Assembly (NCBI GenBank): GCA_030606265.1
Contig: JAUWGT010000003.1
Coordinates: forward strand, 1-35,992
DNA length: 35,992 bases
Source: Candidatus Stahliibacteriota bacterium
Lineage (GTDB): Bacteria; Hydrothermota; Tepidihabitantia; SM23-42
Direction: 5' to 3'
Shown here: positions 26,238 through 35,896 of the stretch, in pieces
Layout: each line of letters begins with the position of its first letter
Numbering within the stretch: the stretch's first letter is position 1
Made by a program: the position numbers and the translations under genes
Notes under the pieces: model-generated
Seen by the model: only the letters and a program-made list of their open reading frames with translations
Database searches by the model: none
What the model was told of the DNA's origin: nothing

Positions 26238-27278
26238 ATGTTCGGAAAGAAGAAAAAGGTTATTGGTCTTGACATAGGTTCAAGCCAAACCAAAATGGTG
26301 GAATTGAGCACTGGTAAGAATAGAAAACTACTTAATTACGGGCTTTCAAAAGTCTTACCTGATGCTATAGTCGAGGGAGAGATTATTGACAGGGAAGCTG
26401 TATTAGATTCAATTAGAAGTTTAATTGAAAATAGAGGATTCACTACTAAAGATGTAGTGATTGGTCTAGCAGGCCGTGACGTCATCATCAAACGGATAAC
26501 AATGGATCGTATGAGTGAAGCTGATACAAGAGAGCAAATCAAATGGGAGGCTGAACAGTATGTTCCTTTTGATATCAATGAAGTTTCGCTCGATTTCGAT
26601 ATTGTGAACCCGAATTTTGGTGAAAATCAGCAAGAAGTAATATTAGTTGCAGCCAAGAATGAATTAATTAGTAATCTCTCCGCCTTATTAAAGGAGCTTA
26701 ATCTTAATCCAATAATTGTTGACACTACCGCATTCGCGATACAAAATGTGTTCGAATATAACTACACACCTGCAGCTGACGAGATTATCTGTTTAATCCA
26801 CATCGGTGCCGGAATGACAGTCATCAATGTTATAAAAGGCGGCTCGTCTTTATCGGCGCGCGATGTATACTACGGGGTAAACGCCTTTATTAGCAAATTG
26901 CAGAAAGAAGTTGGATTTAACTACGAAGATGCTGCTAATGCTGTGAAGGGTACGATCCCTGTTGGCGCATCGCAAGATTCTGTACAGGGTGTATTCGAAT
27001 CATTTGTTAGCGATCTCGGAACCCAGATAGAACGCAGCTTACAGTTTCTCTCCAGTGTAACTGGTGAAGAAAAAGTTAGTCGTATGTATCTTTCTGGTGG
27101 TGGTTCTCTAATCCCTAATCTCTTAGAATATTTAAAAAGAAGACTTGGGATACCGATTGAGCTTATCAATCCGTTTAAAAACATTATTTATGACCCTACA
27201 ATATTCGGGCCTGAAGGCGTCGACGTTATAGGTCCAATATTGGCCCAAGTAACTGGTTTAGCATTAAGGGGGGAGTAA
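26238..27278 (+). CDS. pilM: Type IV pilus assembly protein PilM
   Basis: IGLDIGS, EAEQYVPF, LDF, LVAAK, LSGGGS, NPF, GLALR. Confidence 0.95.
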   Translation: MFGKKKKVIGLDIGSSQTKMVELSTGKNRKLLNYGLSKVLPDAIVEGEIIDREAVLDSIRSLIENRGFTTKDVVIGLAGRDVIIKRITMDRMSEADTREQIKWEAEQYVPFDINEVSLDFDIVNPNFGENQQEVILVAAKNELISNLSALLKELNLNPIIVDTTAFAIQNVFEYNYTPAADEIICLIHIGAGMTVINVIKGGSSLSARDVYYGVNAFISKLQKEVGFNYEDAANAVKGTIPVGASQDSVQGVFESFVSDLGTQIERSLQFLSSVTGEEKVSRMYLSGGGSLIPNLLEYLKRRLGIPIELINPFKNIIYDPTIFGPEGVDVIGPILAQVTGLALRGE

Positions 27279-27279
27279 A

Positions 27280-27885
27280 ATGATTAAGATAAACTTAGCG
27301 CAGACTGCCAAGAAAAAACGAGCACCAAAGCGCAAGGCAGCAAAAGCAGCGCGCCCCGGCATTAAACTACCCTCTATACAAAGTACTGTTCTCTACATAA
27401 TCGGCGTCGTTATTGTTGTCATAATCATTGGTGTTACACTACTTATACAACTCAATCAAAAAAATGGCTTAAATAAAGATATCACGCATCTCAATGGTCG
27501 ACTTGAAGAGCTGAAAGTCTACAAGGCAACAGTTGATAGTCTAGAAAAAAGAGAGCGTGAATTAGATGCTTTAATCAGACCCATAAAGGAACTGAATAGA
27601 AATCGATTCTTCATCGCTCACGTTCTCGATGAAGTAGCAGCACGTATTCCTGAGTTTACTTGGTTAAAATCTCTGAATATCAGCAGTAGTGATATGCAGG
27701 TAAAAGGTGTCACTGCCTCTAACTTGCTGGTTGCAGATTTCATGAACCGTCTTGAAGAATCTGATTATATACACAATGTCGATTTGACCGTACTTGAGAA
27801 AAAAGCCGTGAAAAACCAAGAGATGATGGAATTCACCTTGACCGCTAGTGTTGGGTATCAGGAATCAATTGCGAGGCAAAAATGA
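27280..27885 (+). CDS. pilN: Type IV pilus assembly protein PilN
   Basis: MIKINL N-terminus, single TM, coiled coil, P..TWL; position in operon. Confidence 0.9.
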   Translation: MIKINLAQTAKKKRAPKRKAAKAARPGIKLPSIQSTVLYIIGVVIVVIIIGVTLLIQLNQKNGLNKDITHLNGRLEELKVYKATVDSLEKRERELDALIRPIKELNRNRFFIAHVLDEVAARIPEFTWLKSLNISSSDMQVKGVTASNLLVADFMNRLEESDYIHNVDLTVLEKKAVKNQEMMEFTLTASVGYQESIARQK

Positions 27886-28454
27886 ATCTTAAAGAACAAA
27901 AAAATCAAAAATTACTTATGTTCTTCGTCATCTTAATTATTGTTCTAATTGTTTTCTTCTTTGTTTGGCCCTACAAAGCCAATAAAAAGGAGATAGAACA
28001 AATAACTGTTTATCGGGATTCTCTGCAAACTGAGGTTCAAAAGGCTGAAGCAGCACGAGCAAGGCTGCCTGAGCTTCAGGCAAAAATTGCACGACTCGAG
28101 ATCGAATGGGAAAAAGCAAAAGAGATGCTACCTAAAGCGAAAGAAATACCTTCGCTCATTCAACAAATCTCAAATTCTGGTACTAAAGCAGGTGTGAGTT
28201 TCTTGTTGTTTAAACCAAGCGGCATCATTGCCCGGCCAAATTACTCTGAGATCCCGGTTCAGATTAAAGTATCATGTGGTTATCATCAGCTCGGTGAATT
28301 CCTGTCCAATGTCGGCAATCTTGCACGAATTGTCAATGTACCAAATATCAAGATCAAAACTGGTAAAGAACGCAGTATTCAAGCAGATTTGAGCACCATT
28401 ACCTATACAGTTGCCAAACAAAAGGAGGTAAAAAATGTTCCACCTCGTAATTAG
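27882..28454 (+). CDS. pilO: Type IV pilus assembly protein PilO
   Basis: TM plus coiled coil, LP...EIPSL, EIPV, YHQLGEFL..V..L.RIVNV. Confidence 0.92.
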   Translation: MNLKEQKNQKLLMFFVILIIVLIVFFFVWPYKANKKEIEQITVYRDSLQTEVQKAEAARARLPELQAKIARLEIEWEKAKEMLPKAKEIPSLIQQISNSGTKAGVSFLLFKPSGIIARPNYSEIPVQIKVSCGYHQLGEFLSNVGNLARIVNVPNIKIKTGKERSIQADLSTITYTVAKQKEVKNVPPRN

Positions 28455-28842
28455 CATAGTGGGCGCAGTAATGATATTCAACCAAGCACCAACAACTCCT
28501 GCTGTAGCGGATACCCTCTTCCCTGTGGAAGAATGGACATATAAACAAGGCGGTAGAAGAGATCCCTTTGTGCCATTAGTAGGTTTGGAATTAGGAAAAG
28601 GTGGCAAAGCAAGTCATCTCAGTGTTGAGAATTTATCCTTAATTGGTGTTCTATGGGGTGATAAAGGATACTATGGTTTGGTAAAAGATGGATTAAACAA
28701 CGGTTACATTCTCAAAAAAGGAGACCGGGTTGCAGGTGGCAAAGTTGCTGAAATAAATCGTCAAGGGATAATTTTCGAGATAACGCACGCAGGCGTGAAA
28801 ACAAAATTTGAACTAAGGCTTCAGCAAGAGAAAAGGAGGTAA
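28435..28842 (+). CDS. pilP: PilP-like protein
   Basis: Y...GRRDPF.PL, L.LIGV, G.ILK.GD; lies between pilO and pilQ; SD AGGAGG. Confidence 0.8.
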   Translation: MFHLVISIVGAVMIFNQAPTTPAVADTLFPVEEWTYKQGGRRDPFVPLVGLELGKGGKASHLSVENLSLIGVLWGDKGYYGLVKDGLNNGYILKKGDRVAGGKVAEINRQGIIFEITHAGVKTKFELRLQQEKRR

Positions 28843-28845
28843 AAC

Positions 28846-30450
28846 ATGAGGAATATTTTAATCCTCACATTATTGATTTCTTTGGCAAGTGGTGCTGTCA
28901 TCAGTAATCTGCACGTAGTCTCTGAGGGAGTGAATACAAAACTTCTTATAAAGGCTGACGCGCCATTTGTTGCAAATTCTTTCACTTTGAAAAATCCACC
29001 GAGAATCGTCGTTGACTGTTCAGGCGTCACGAGTTCACTCATTGGTAAAAAGTTTTCCGTCAACCGAGGTGGTTTAAAAGAATTGTCAGTAACTGGGTTC
29101 AATGAACAGCCCGATCTAATCAGAATTGTCGGCACCATGGATAATGACTACTCTTATCTCACGTTGACTGAAGGAAATGATTTCGCAGTAACGATCCTTA
29201 CCGGTCTAGTCTCTACTTTCCCAAATTGGCAGACATCCGGTGCTGATATCTTAACTATTCCTCCGACAACAACATCCGAGGTTGTACCACCGGTCGTCAA
29301 GACAAAACCGGCGGGTACAATTACTGGCCGACCAATCTCTATTGACCTTGAGAATGCTGACATTCTAACCGTACTGAGAGCCTTGTCTGAATATGCCGGC
29401 ATAAATATTGTTGCGGGCAAGGATGTCAAAGGAACAGTTACGGTCAGACTGCATAATGTTCCCTGGCGTCAGGCACTCGATATCATTCTCAAAGCTTCTG
29501 GCTTTGCATATCGGGAAGACCCTGGCGTTATTAGAGTTGATACGGCTGAGAACCTCAACAAACAAGACTATGATTTACCATTGAGTTCAAAGATATACAA
29601 ACTAGAATTCGCCACACCTACGAAGATGCTTAATAAAATAGAGGCAATGCTTTCTCCAAAAGGTAAAGCAAACATTGATCAACGGACAAATTCTCTCGTC
29701 GTTACCGAGGTTGACCCCATTCATCAAAGAATTCAACAACTCGTAAAGCTCCTCGATACACCAACCCCACAAGTAGAAATTCAATGCAAGGTTATTGATG
29801 TAGACGCCTCTCATTCAAGGGGTTTAGGCATCAGCTGGACGCTCAAAGGGTTAGAGAGTCGGATATTAAGAGCCGATGTCACCAGTGGCCCCGAAGAATC
29901 TTCAATTGTCGGTTACGGAATATTCAATATCGGAAGTATACCGTCACTAGCCCAGCTCAATGCGATCGTTAGCATGCTTGAAGAAAGTGGTAAAGCTCAG
30001 ACTATTTCTACACCCAGAATATCAGCGGTTGACAATGAACAAGCCAGTATTCTGGGAGGTCAGAGATTCGGTATTCCCACCAGAGACATGTCGGGTAATA
30101 TGGTCATACAATTCTACACGGTCGGTACGAAATTAGAAGTTACACCACATATCAACTCACTGGAAGAGATTACAATGGAACTCCACGCCGAGGTTAGTGA
30201 ACTCGATCGTGCATCAGCTCTTGCTGGTAAACCAATTATCACAACATCAGAAGCCGACACAAAAGTTCTCGTTAAAGACGGTCACACGGTGGTAATCGGT
30301 GGTTTTATCAGACGTAAAGAGGCTAAGTCGGTAACTGGCATACCCATTCTCAAAAGCATTCCGATACTCGGTGCATTATTCCGAGAGACAACGACAAGTG
30401 TTGAGGATCGTGAACTTCTGATTTTCATAACGCCGACAATAATAAAATAG
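28846..30450 (+). CDS. pilQ: Type IV pilus secretin PilQ (AMIN, N domains, secretin)
   Basis: FTL.NPPRIVVD, VTVRL.NVPW.QAL, LEVTPHI, TVVIGG, IP.LG.LF, ELLIFITP. Confidence 0.93.
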   Translation: MRNILILTLLISLASGAVISNLHVVSEGVNTKLLIKADAPFVANSFTLKNPPRIVVDCSGVTSSLIGKKFSVNRGGLKELSVTGFNEQPDLIRIVGTMDNDYSYLTLTEGNDFAVTILTGLVSTFPNWQTSGADILTIPPTTTSEVVPPVVKTKPAGTITGRPISIDLENADILTVLRALSEYAGINIVAGKDVKGTVTVRLHNVPWRQALDIILKASGFAYREDPGVIRVDTAENLNKQDYDLPLSSKIYKLEFATPTKMLNKIEAMLSPKGKANIDQRTNSLVVTEVDPIHQRIQQLVKLLDTPTPQVEIQCKVIDVDASHSRGLGISWTLKGLESRILRADVTSGPEESSIVGYGIFNIGSIPSLAQLNAIVSMLEESGKAQTISTPRISAVDNEQASILGGQRFGIPTRDMSGNMVIQFYTVGTKLEVTPHINSLEEITMELHAEVSELDRASALAGKPIITTSEADTKVLVKDGHTVVIGGFIRRKEAKSVTGIPILKSIPILGALFRETTTSVEDRELLIFITPTIIK

Positions 30451-30538
30451 GGAGTTTGCTTCCGTATAGAAAGTAGCGTAGATCAGTCTATTCTCGGCCA
30501 CTAAAAAAGTACAGATTACGATATCTTTAGATAAGAAT

Positions 30539-31090
30539 ATGAGAATAGTTGGCGGTGATAGTAAAGGACGGCGACTTAAGGTTTCCAAAACAGGGACCAG
30601 ACCAACAAGAAGTATCGTCAGAGAAACAATCTTCAACATTATTGGACCCCGCGTAAATGCGGCCAGGATCCTAGATGTCTTTGCCGGCAGTGGAGCTTTG
30701 GGTATCGAAGCAATTTCACGCGGCGCAACGGATTGTATTTTTGTCGAGAAACAAACAAAGATACTTGCCGAGAACATAGCCAAACTGTCACTCTCTGATC
30801 AAACAGAGATCATAAAAGGTGACTTTAGAGCAGGTCTGAGAAAACTCAAAGAACGGTCTTTTGACCTCATCTTTCTTGACCCACCCTATCATAGAAATTA
30901 TCTTGAGAAAACTCTAATACTCATTGTATCCCATAACCTATTACATGAAGGTGGAGTCATAATTGCCGAGCACAGCCCGGAAGATAAATTTGTCCTACCT
31001 GATCATTTTTCAGTTTTCAAGAAAAAACAGTATGGAAATACCATCGTGACGTTTATTGTCCAGAGTGATAAAAACAAAAAACGAGAATAA
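30539..31090 (+). CDS. rsmD: 16S rRNA m2G966 methyltransferase
   Basis: MRIVGG..KGR.L, RPT...RE.IFN, LDVFAGSGALGIEA.SRG, FLDPPY. Confidence 0.95.
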   Translation: MRIVGGDSKGRRLKVSKTGTRPTRSIVRETIFNIIGPRVNAARILDVFAGSGALGIEAISRGATDCIFVEKQTKILAENIAKLSLSDQTEIIKGDFRAGLRKLKERSFDLIFLDPPYHRNYLEKTLILIVSHNLLHEGGVIIAEHSPEDKFVLPDHFSVFKKKQYGNTIVTFIVQSDKNKKRE

Positions 31091-31091
31091 A

Positions 31092-31571
31092 ATGAAAAAA
31101 GCGATATATGCGGGCACTTTTGATCCCATAACCCATGGCCATATCGATGTTATCTGTCGAGCGATCAAGATATTCGATAAAATAGTCATCGGAGTAAGTA
31201 GCCGCCCGAAAAGCACTCTTTTCACCCAGCAAGAAAGAGTGGAGCTTGTTAAAACGATTTTCCGTGAAGAGAAGAAAATAACAGTCATGGGATTCTCAAC
31301 CCTTTTGGTGGATTTTGCGCAAAAGTTAGGGGCTACGACAATAATCAGAGGGATGAGAGCGGTTTCTGATTTCGACTACGAACTTCAATTAACCCTTATG
31401 AACCGAAAACTAGCACCAAAGATAGAAACGGTATTCTTAATGCCTTCGGAAAAGTACATCTTCATTAGTTCGAGTCTAGCCAAAGAGATCGCGTCACTAA
31501 ATGGTGACATTTCACATCTCGTTCCTCTAATAGTGATTAAAGCCTTGAGAAAAAAACTCAAAAAGAAATAA
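31092..31571 (+). CDS. coaD: Phosphopantetheine adenylyltransferase (start corrected to ATG 31092)
   Basis: GTFDPITHGH, RGMRAVSDFDYE, ISSS. Confidence 0.96.
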   Translation: MKKAIYAGTFDPITHGHIDVICRAIKIFDKIVIGVSSRPKSTLFTQQERVELVKTIFREEKKITVMGFSTLLVDFAQKLGATTIIRGMRAVSDFDYELQLTLMNRKLAPKIETVFLMPSEKYIFISSSLAKEIASLNGDISHLVPLIVIKALRKKLKKK

Positions 31572-31645
31572 CAAAGAAAGAATTCAGTAAGCTACCCCCT
31601 TGATTTTTCTGGTATTTTGGATATGATTTCCATAAAGGAGTGTAT

Positions 31646-32188
31646 ATGAATAAAGGGCTTAAGTTGTCATTCTTCATTCTTCTCATCATTGCGTGTGGTG
31701 GCGGTAAAACATCAACACCGAAATACACACCCAAACATGAAGTCGAACGGATTGCGCTTGATTTTGTGAAAAAAGTCAAACAGAATATGTATGCTGACGA
31801 TGTCCATTTCTTTGAGGCGGATACTGAATTCACCATAGAAGAACAGGAACACTATTTCCGTCGCCTGGAGAAATTCGTCAAGAACCACAACTGGGCTCTG
31901 TATTTTACGGTAATCGACGTATGGAAAGATAATGATGATGCGGCTGATGTCATATTGAAAGCAAAATCAGGTGATTTTGTCATTTTCTGTCTCGGCTATT
32001 GGTACGATACTGAAAGATGGGAACTCGATGCCTATGAATTCCCAGGATTGACATTCAGTAGAGCTGAGGAAGAATCGTATGAAGATTATGTCCTGGGAAT
32101 AATCGAAAATAGAAAGGAATATGGAGTTGAGTACTCAGAAAGGGAAACGATAGAGAACGAGGGATCCTATTATATGGAATACAAATAG
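31646..32188 (+). CDS. Acidic hypothetical lipoprotein
   Basis: MNKGLKLSFFILLIIA-C lipobox; SD AAGGAG. Confidence 0.7.
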   Translation: MNKGLKLSFFILLIIACGGGKTSTPKYTPKHEVERIALDFVKKVKQNMYADDVHFFEADTEFTIEEQEHYFRRLEKFVKNHNWALYFTVIDVWKDNDDAADVILKAKSGDFVIFCLGYWYDTERWELDAYEFPGLTFSRAEEESYEDYVLGIIENRKEYGVEYSERETIENEGSYYMEYK

Positions 32189-32242
32189 ATAATAATGCGG
32201 CATCATCTGGTTTTGTATGATAACCTATATTAGATTTTATTA

Positions 32243-32270
32243 TTGACTCCCTTTTTGTATTCAATATAAT
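32243..32270 (+). promoter_or_regulatory. Promoter for obg (leaderless)
   Basis: TTGACT, 16-bp spacer, TATAAT, then 7 nt to ATG; no SD. Confidence 0.7.
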
Positions 32271-32277
32271 TCATTGT

Positions 32278-33234
32278 ATGAAATTTATCGATGAGGCGAA
32301 AATATTTATCACCGCAGGTAATGGCGGTAAGGGCTGTATATCATTTCGGCGTGAGAAGTTTGTTCCCCGAGGTGGTCCAGATGGTGGAGATGGTGGTAAT
32401 GGTGGTTCGGTATACCTCATCGGAAAGAAAAACCTTCAAACCCTATACGATCTGAAAATCAAACCCCACTATAAAGCTGGTCGGGGTACTCATGGCAAAG
32501 GTAAAAAGATGGTTGGTAAAAAAGGAAAAGACGTGTTTATCAGTACCCCTTTAGGTATTGTCGTGTCAAATGACAAAAAGGTTCTGGGCGAAATACTGAT
32601 CCACAACCAGAGGTTGCTCGTTGCAAAAGGCGGTAAAGGTGGTCGTGGTAATATCCATTTCATAACAAAATCAGACCTCGCGCCGCGCCGTGCTGACCCA
32701 GGTCGTCAAGGCGAAACTTACAGTCTCAAAATAGTCTTGAAATTGATTTCTGATACAGGTTTGGTTGGATTACCGAATTCAGGCAAATCAACTTTGCTGA
32801 ACGCTCTCACGAATGCAAAATCACGGGTCGGAGCTTATCCTTTTACCACGCTCGCACCTAATCTCGGCGTCCTTAGGAGTATGCAAAGAAACATCGTAAT
32901 CGCAGATATGCCTGGTATTATTGAAGGAGCTCACTCAGGGAAGGGTTTAGGATTGCTCTTCCTCCGACATATCGAAAGAACCAGATTGATCATCCTGGTA
33001 ATCGACACATCCGTTTCGAATCCACTACGACATTATGCATGTCTTCTGAAAGAACTTAAGAATCATAGTAATAAACTATTGAGAAAGCCGCGCATTGTTG
33101 TTTTTAACAAGCTGGATCTCTTAGATAATATCCCGAAATACGACATACCAGAGAAGATTTTCTATGTTTCAGCATTAACCGGTGCTGGGACTGAAACGTT
33201 GCTAAAAACCATAGCCAATGAAGATCAAGTTTAA
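32278..33234 (+). CDS. obg: GTPase Obg/CgtA (short; no C-terminal domain)
   Basis: FRREKFVP.GGPDGGDGG, GLPNSGKST, YPFTT, DMPG, NKLD, SA. Confidence 0.96.
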   Translation: MKFIDEAKIFITAGNGGKGCISFRREKFVPRGGPDGGDGGNGGSVYLIGKKNLQTLYDLKIKPHYKAGRGTHGKGKKMVGKKGKDVFISTPLGIVVSNDKKVLGEILIHNQRLLVAKGGKGGRGNIHFITKSDLAPRRADPGRQGETYSLKIVLKLISDTGLVGLPNSGKSTLLNALTNAKSRVGAYPFTTLAPNLGVLRSMQRNIVIADMPGIIEGAHSGKGLGLLFLRHIERTRLIILVIDTSVSNPLRHYACLLKELKNHSNKLLRKPRIVVFNKLDLLDNIPKYDIPEKIFYVSALTGAGTETLLKTIANEDQV

Positions 33235-33742
33235 GCAGGATAAAGAGACGATCCTCAAATTACTCGAGAGTTCCAATATAAAAAAGAAAGTAAAAATACT
33301 TGAAAAGCTAAATGGTGTCAACGAGAAAGACAGTATCAAAATCCTGCTGAAAGTCCTGGAAGATACATCCTGGACACTGCGTGAAAAAGCGGCATACAAA
33401 CTAGCTATATACGGTAATCGTGTCGTGCCTAAGCTGAAGAGACTACTTACACGCGGCTACTGGTTCACAAGAGCAGCGGCGTGTCTTTCTCTCGGTGAAA
33501 TCGGTAATGTCAAAGTGGTGGATTCTTTTGTTGAACTTTTGGTAAACGACCAGAACCCAACGGTTAAAAAGGAAGCATCGACAGCATTAGCAAAACTTGC
33601 CATACAAGAACCCCTTGAATTTTCTGATATGATTCGAGATCTGACACTGGATGATGAGGTGCTTGCAAGTATTCTGAAAATAATAGAGGACACTAACCCT
33701 GACGTTCACAAAATCATCAAAGAAGAATTAGAAAATGTATGA
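33218..33742 (+). CDS. HEAT-repeat protein
   Basis: D.SW.LRE.AA..L, W.TR.AA..SLGEIG and D.N.TVK.EA..ALA repeats. Confidence 0.8.
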   Translation: MKIKFKQDKETILKLLESSNIKKKVKILEKLNGVNEKDSIKILLKVLEDTSWTLREKAAYKLAIYGNRVVPKLKRLLTRGYWFTRAAACLSLGEIGNVKVVDSFVELLVNDQNPTVKKEASTALAKLAIQEPLEFSDMIRDLTLDDEVLASILKIIEDTNPDVHKIIKEELENV

Positions 33743-34814
33743 TGCCTTCGATTTCATTGATCTTTTATCAATAGATAAAATAACTGACCATATACTTTAT
33801 CTTCTCTTGAAATGCTTCAAGACACCGGCGGCAATTGGCACTGCACCAGCTCACTCGTTAGCTGAAGTTGTTGGACAAGATATTGCGCATAGAATCCTCG
33901 TCTATAAACGGGGAGAAAAGACAAAACGAAAATATGATTTATTCCGCAAGCTCAACATCAAGGTTATCTCCTACAACTTTCCTGAATATCCAGTCTGGTT
34001 AAGAAATATCGTGCACTTTCCACCGATTCTATTTGTTCGGGGTCTGATCAAACCGGAGGATGAGATTTCAGTAGGCGTTATCGGCACAAGAGGAGCAACG
34101 GTCTACGGGAAAAGTATTGCTGAGCATTTTGCACAAGACTTGGCGCGTGCAGGTGTCACAGTTATCAGTGGCATGGCCAGAGGCGTTGATACAATGGCTC
34201 ACAAAGGAGCTCTCAAACAGAAAGGCAGAACTATTGCCGTACTGGGTTGCGGTGTTGATATATGTTACCCACCAGAAAATAGAAAACTGATGGAAGAAAT
34301 TGTGAATAATGGTGCGGTAATTTCCGAATTCAATATTGGAACGCCACCGTTCGCCCACAATTTTCCAAAACGTAATCGTATTGTTGCTGGCCTTTCTAAA
34401 GCCATTATAGCGATTGAAGCAAAAGAGAAAAGTGGAGTTATGAATACAGTGAATTGGGCGCTGGATCAAAATAAAGATGTCTTTGCAGTTCCAGGGAATA
34501 TCTATTCAAAGGCGTCAGCTGGGACAAATCGGTTAATAAAAGACGGGGCTATCCCAATAACCTCGGTTGATGAAATTCTACAAACATTAAACATTCAATT
34601 CGCCAGGCAAGAAAAGGTGGATAAAAAAGCAATGCTTACCACTACGGAAATAGGTATTTGGAACAGCCTATCGCTTGAACCCACCTATCTCGATGTTTTA
34701 TCAGAAACTTTGGAGCAACCTACTAGTTCAATATTAAATACTCTCTTAGGATTGGAAATCAAAGGTCTCGTCAGACAATTGCCCGGTATGATGTTCGTTA
34801 AGACCCTTGAATAG
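33735..34814 (+). CDS. dprA: DNA-processing protein DprA
   Basis: YP..L..I..PP.LF.RG, IGTR, ISGMARGVD, AVLGCG, FPKRNRIVAGLS; C-terminal winged helix. Confidence 0.96.
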   Translation: MYDAFDFIDLLSIDKITDHILYLLLKCFKTPAAIGTAPAHSLAEVVGQDIAHRILVYKRGEKTKRKYDLFRKLNIKVISYNFPEYPVWLRNIVHFPPILFVRGLIKPEDEISVGVIGTRGATVYGKSIAEHFAQDLARAGVTVISGMARGVDTMAHKGALKQKGRTIAVLGCGVDICYPPENRKLMEEIVNNGAVISEFNIGTPPFAHNFPKRNRIVAGLSKAIIAIEAKEKSGVMNTVNWALDQNKDVFAVPGNIYSKASAGTNRLIKDGAIPITSVDEILQTLNIQFARQEKVDKKAMLTTTEIGIWNSLSLEPTYLDVLSETLEQPTSSILNTLLGLEIKGLVRQLPGMMFVKTLE

Positions 34815-34898
34815 CATTACATGCGTCATATCGCAACTGGAAAGTTGCTCCCACATTTCAGAAAAATCTTTTTGTAACAGTTTAGCTATTCTAACATT

Positions 34899-34974
34899 GT
34901 AGTAGCCTGATTTATCAGGCATTGCAATAACGAAGTTACTGCACTAAAAGAAGCCCAATGAATTGGGCAACTAC
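34899..34974. repeat. GTAG-family REP doublet (REPIN-like)
   Basis: GTAGTAGCCTGATTTATCAGGC and the inverted copy GCCCAATGAATTGGGCAACTAC. Confidence 0.75.
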
Positions 34975-35084
34975 ATTATTTTATACCATTTCTGGCAATT
35001 TGGCCACACTGTTTTTACCATTTTTTAGAATAGCTTACCTATTACAAAATGAAACTCTGTGTAATCAGTGAATATTCAACGCCT

Positions 35085-35738
35085 TCAGTGTATTCTTAAG
35101 TTGACCCCAACCCCAAATTGATTCACCGTATACTTGATGCCTTCGTTATTACCAAAGACCCAATTGCCCTCAGGCATTATTGTGAAATTATGCCCAAAAG
35201 ACAGACCAATACCATACCCATACTGAAATATGTGGCGCGGCTCACGCGTCGAGTGCTCTCGACGGTCCTTCGGGTGTATGGAATAAATTATTTTAGGCGC
35301 GCAATAAACCCTGACGTTTTCAAAAATCCGCTTGCTGAAAACTAATGTTGGATAGAAATCAAAAACATAATCGGTAATAAAACCAATCCGTGTGCCCTTC
35401 ATATAACCGAAACCAATTTTAAATGCTGCATCGATAACCCCTGTACAGAATTTGTATTTACCCGCAATGACACCCGCGGTCGGTGAAGAAAATTTAATTT
35501 CAAACTCGGCATCCCTGAATACGCCAAGTTTGGCAAATATGTCAAATCTTCGAGTGTCGTAGGCAGTTGAATCAACTGTGCCCCCATAAAGTGCAAAGTT
35601 ATCGATCGCGAACCCCAACGAATACTCCCCCGGTCTATGCAGCTCAGCAATATCATAGGTGCAATACGACTGCGACCACACATCTGGTAAAGCCTGGGAG
35701 AAAAACAACACAGGTAATAATAGAAAAATAACTTTCAT
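35085..35738 (-). CDS. Hypothetical exported protein, probable outer-membrane beta-barrel
   Basis: Signal peptide; alternating aromatic/Gly strands (YGYGIGLSFG, QFGVGVNLRI); own promoter. Confidence 0.65.
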   Translation of the reverse strand: MKVIFLLLPVLFFSQALPDVWSQSYCTYDIAELHRPGEYSLGFAIDNFALYGGTVDSTAYDTRRFDIFAKLGVFRDAEFEIKFSSPTAGVIAGKYKFCTGVIDAAFKIGFGYMKGTRIGFITDYVFDFYPTLVFSKRIFENVRVYCAPKIIYSIHPKDRREHSTREPRHIFQYGYGIGLSFGHNFTIMPEGNWVFGNNEGIKYTVNQFGVGVNLRIH

Positions 35739-35745
35739 AAATAGG

Positions 35746-35773
35746 ATTATACTGTGATTAATAACTAAGTCAA
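35746..35773 (-). promoter_or_regulatory. Promoter (leaderless) for 35085..35738
   Basis: Minus strand TTGACT, 16-bp spacer, TATAAT, then 7 nt to ATG. Confidence 0.7.
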
Positions 35774-35855
35774 TAATGAGTCAAACATCTTGCCCGCGCC
35801 CAACATTCTTTATTGAGTAACTAAGTAATTAAGTTATTAGGTGATTGAGGGAATT

Positions 35856-35896
35856 GTAGTCGCCTCTGCCTGAGGCAGACAGGTGATTTATCAGGC
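35856..35896 (+). repeat. Third GTAG REP copy interrupted by a 19-nt mini-palindrome
   Basis: GTAGTCGCC-[TCTGCCTGAGGCAGACAGG]-TGATTTATCAGGC. Confidence 0.65.
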
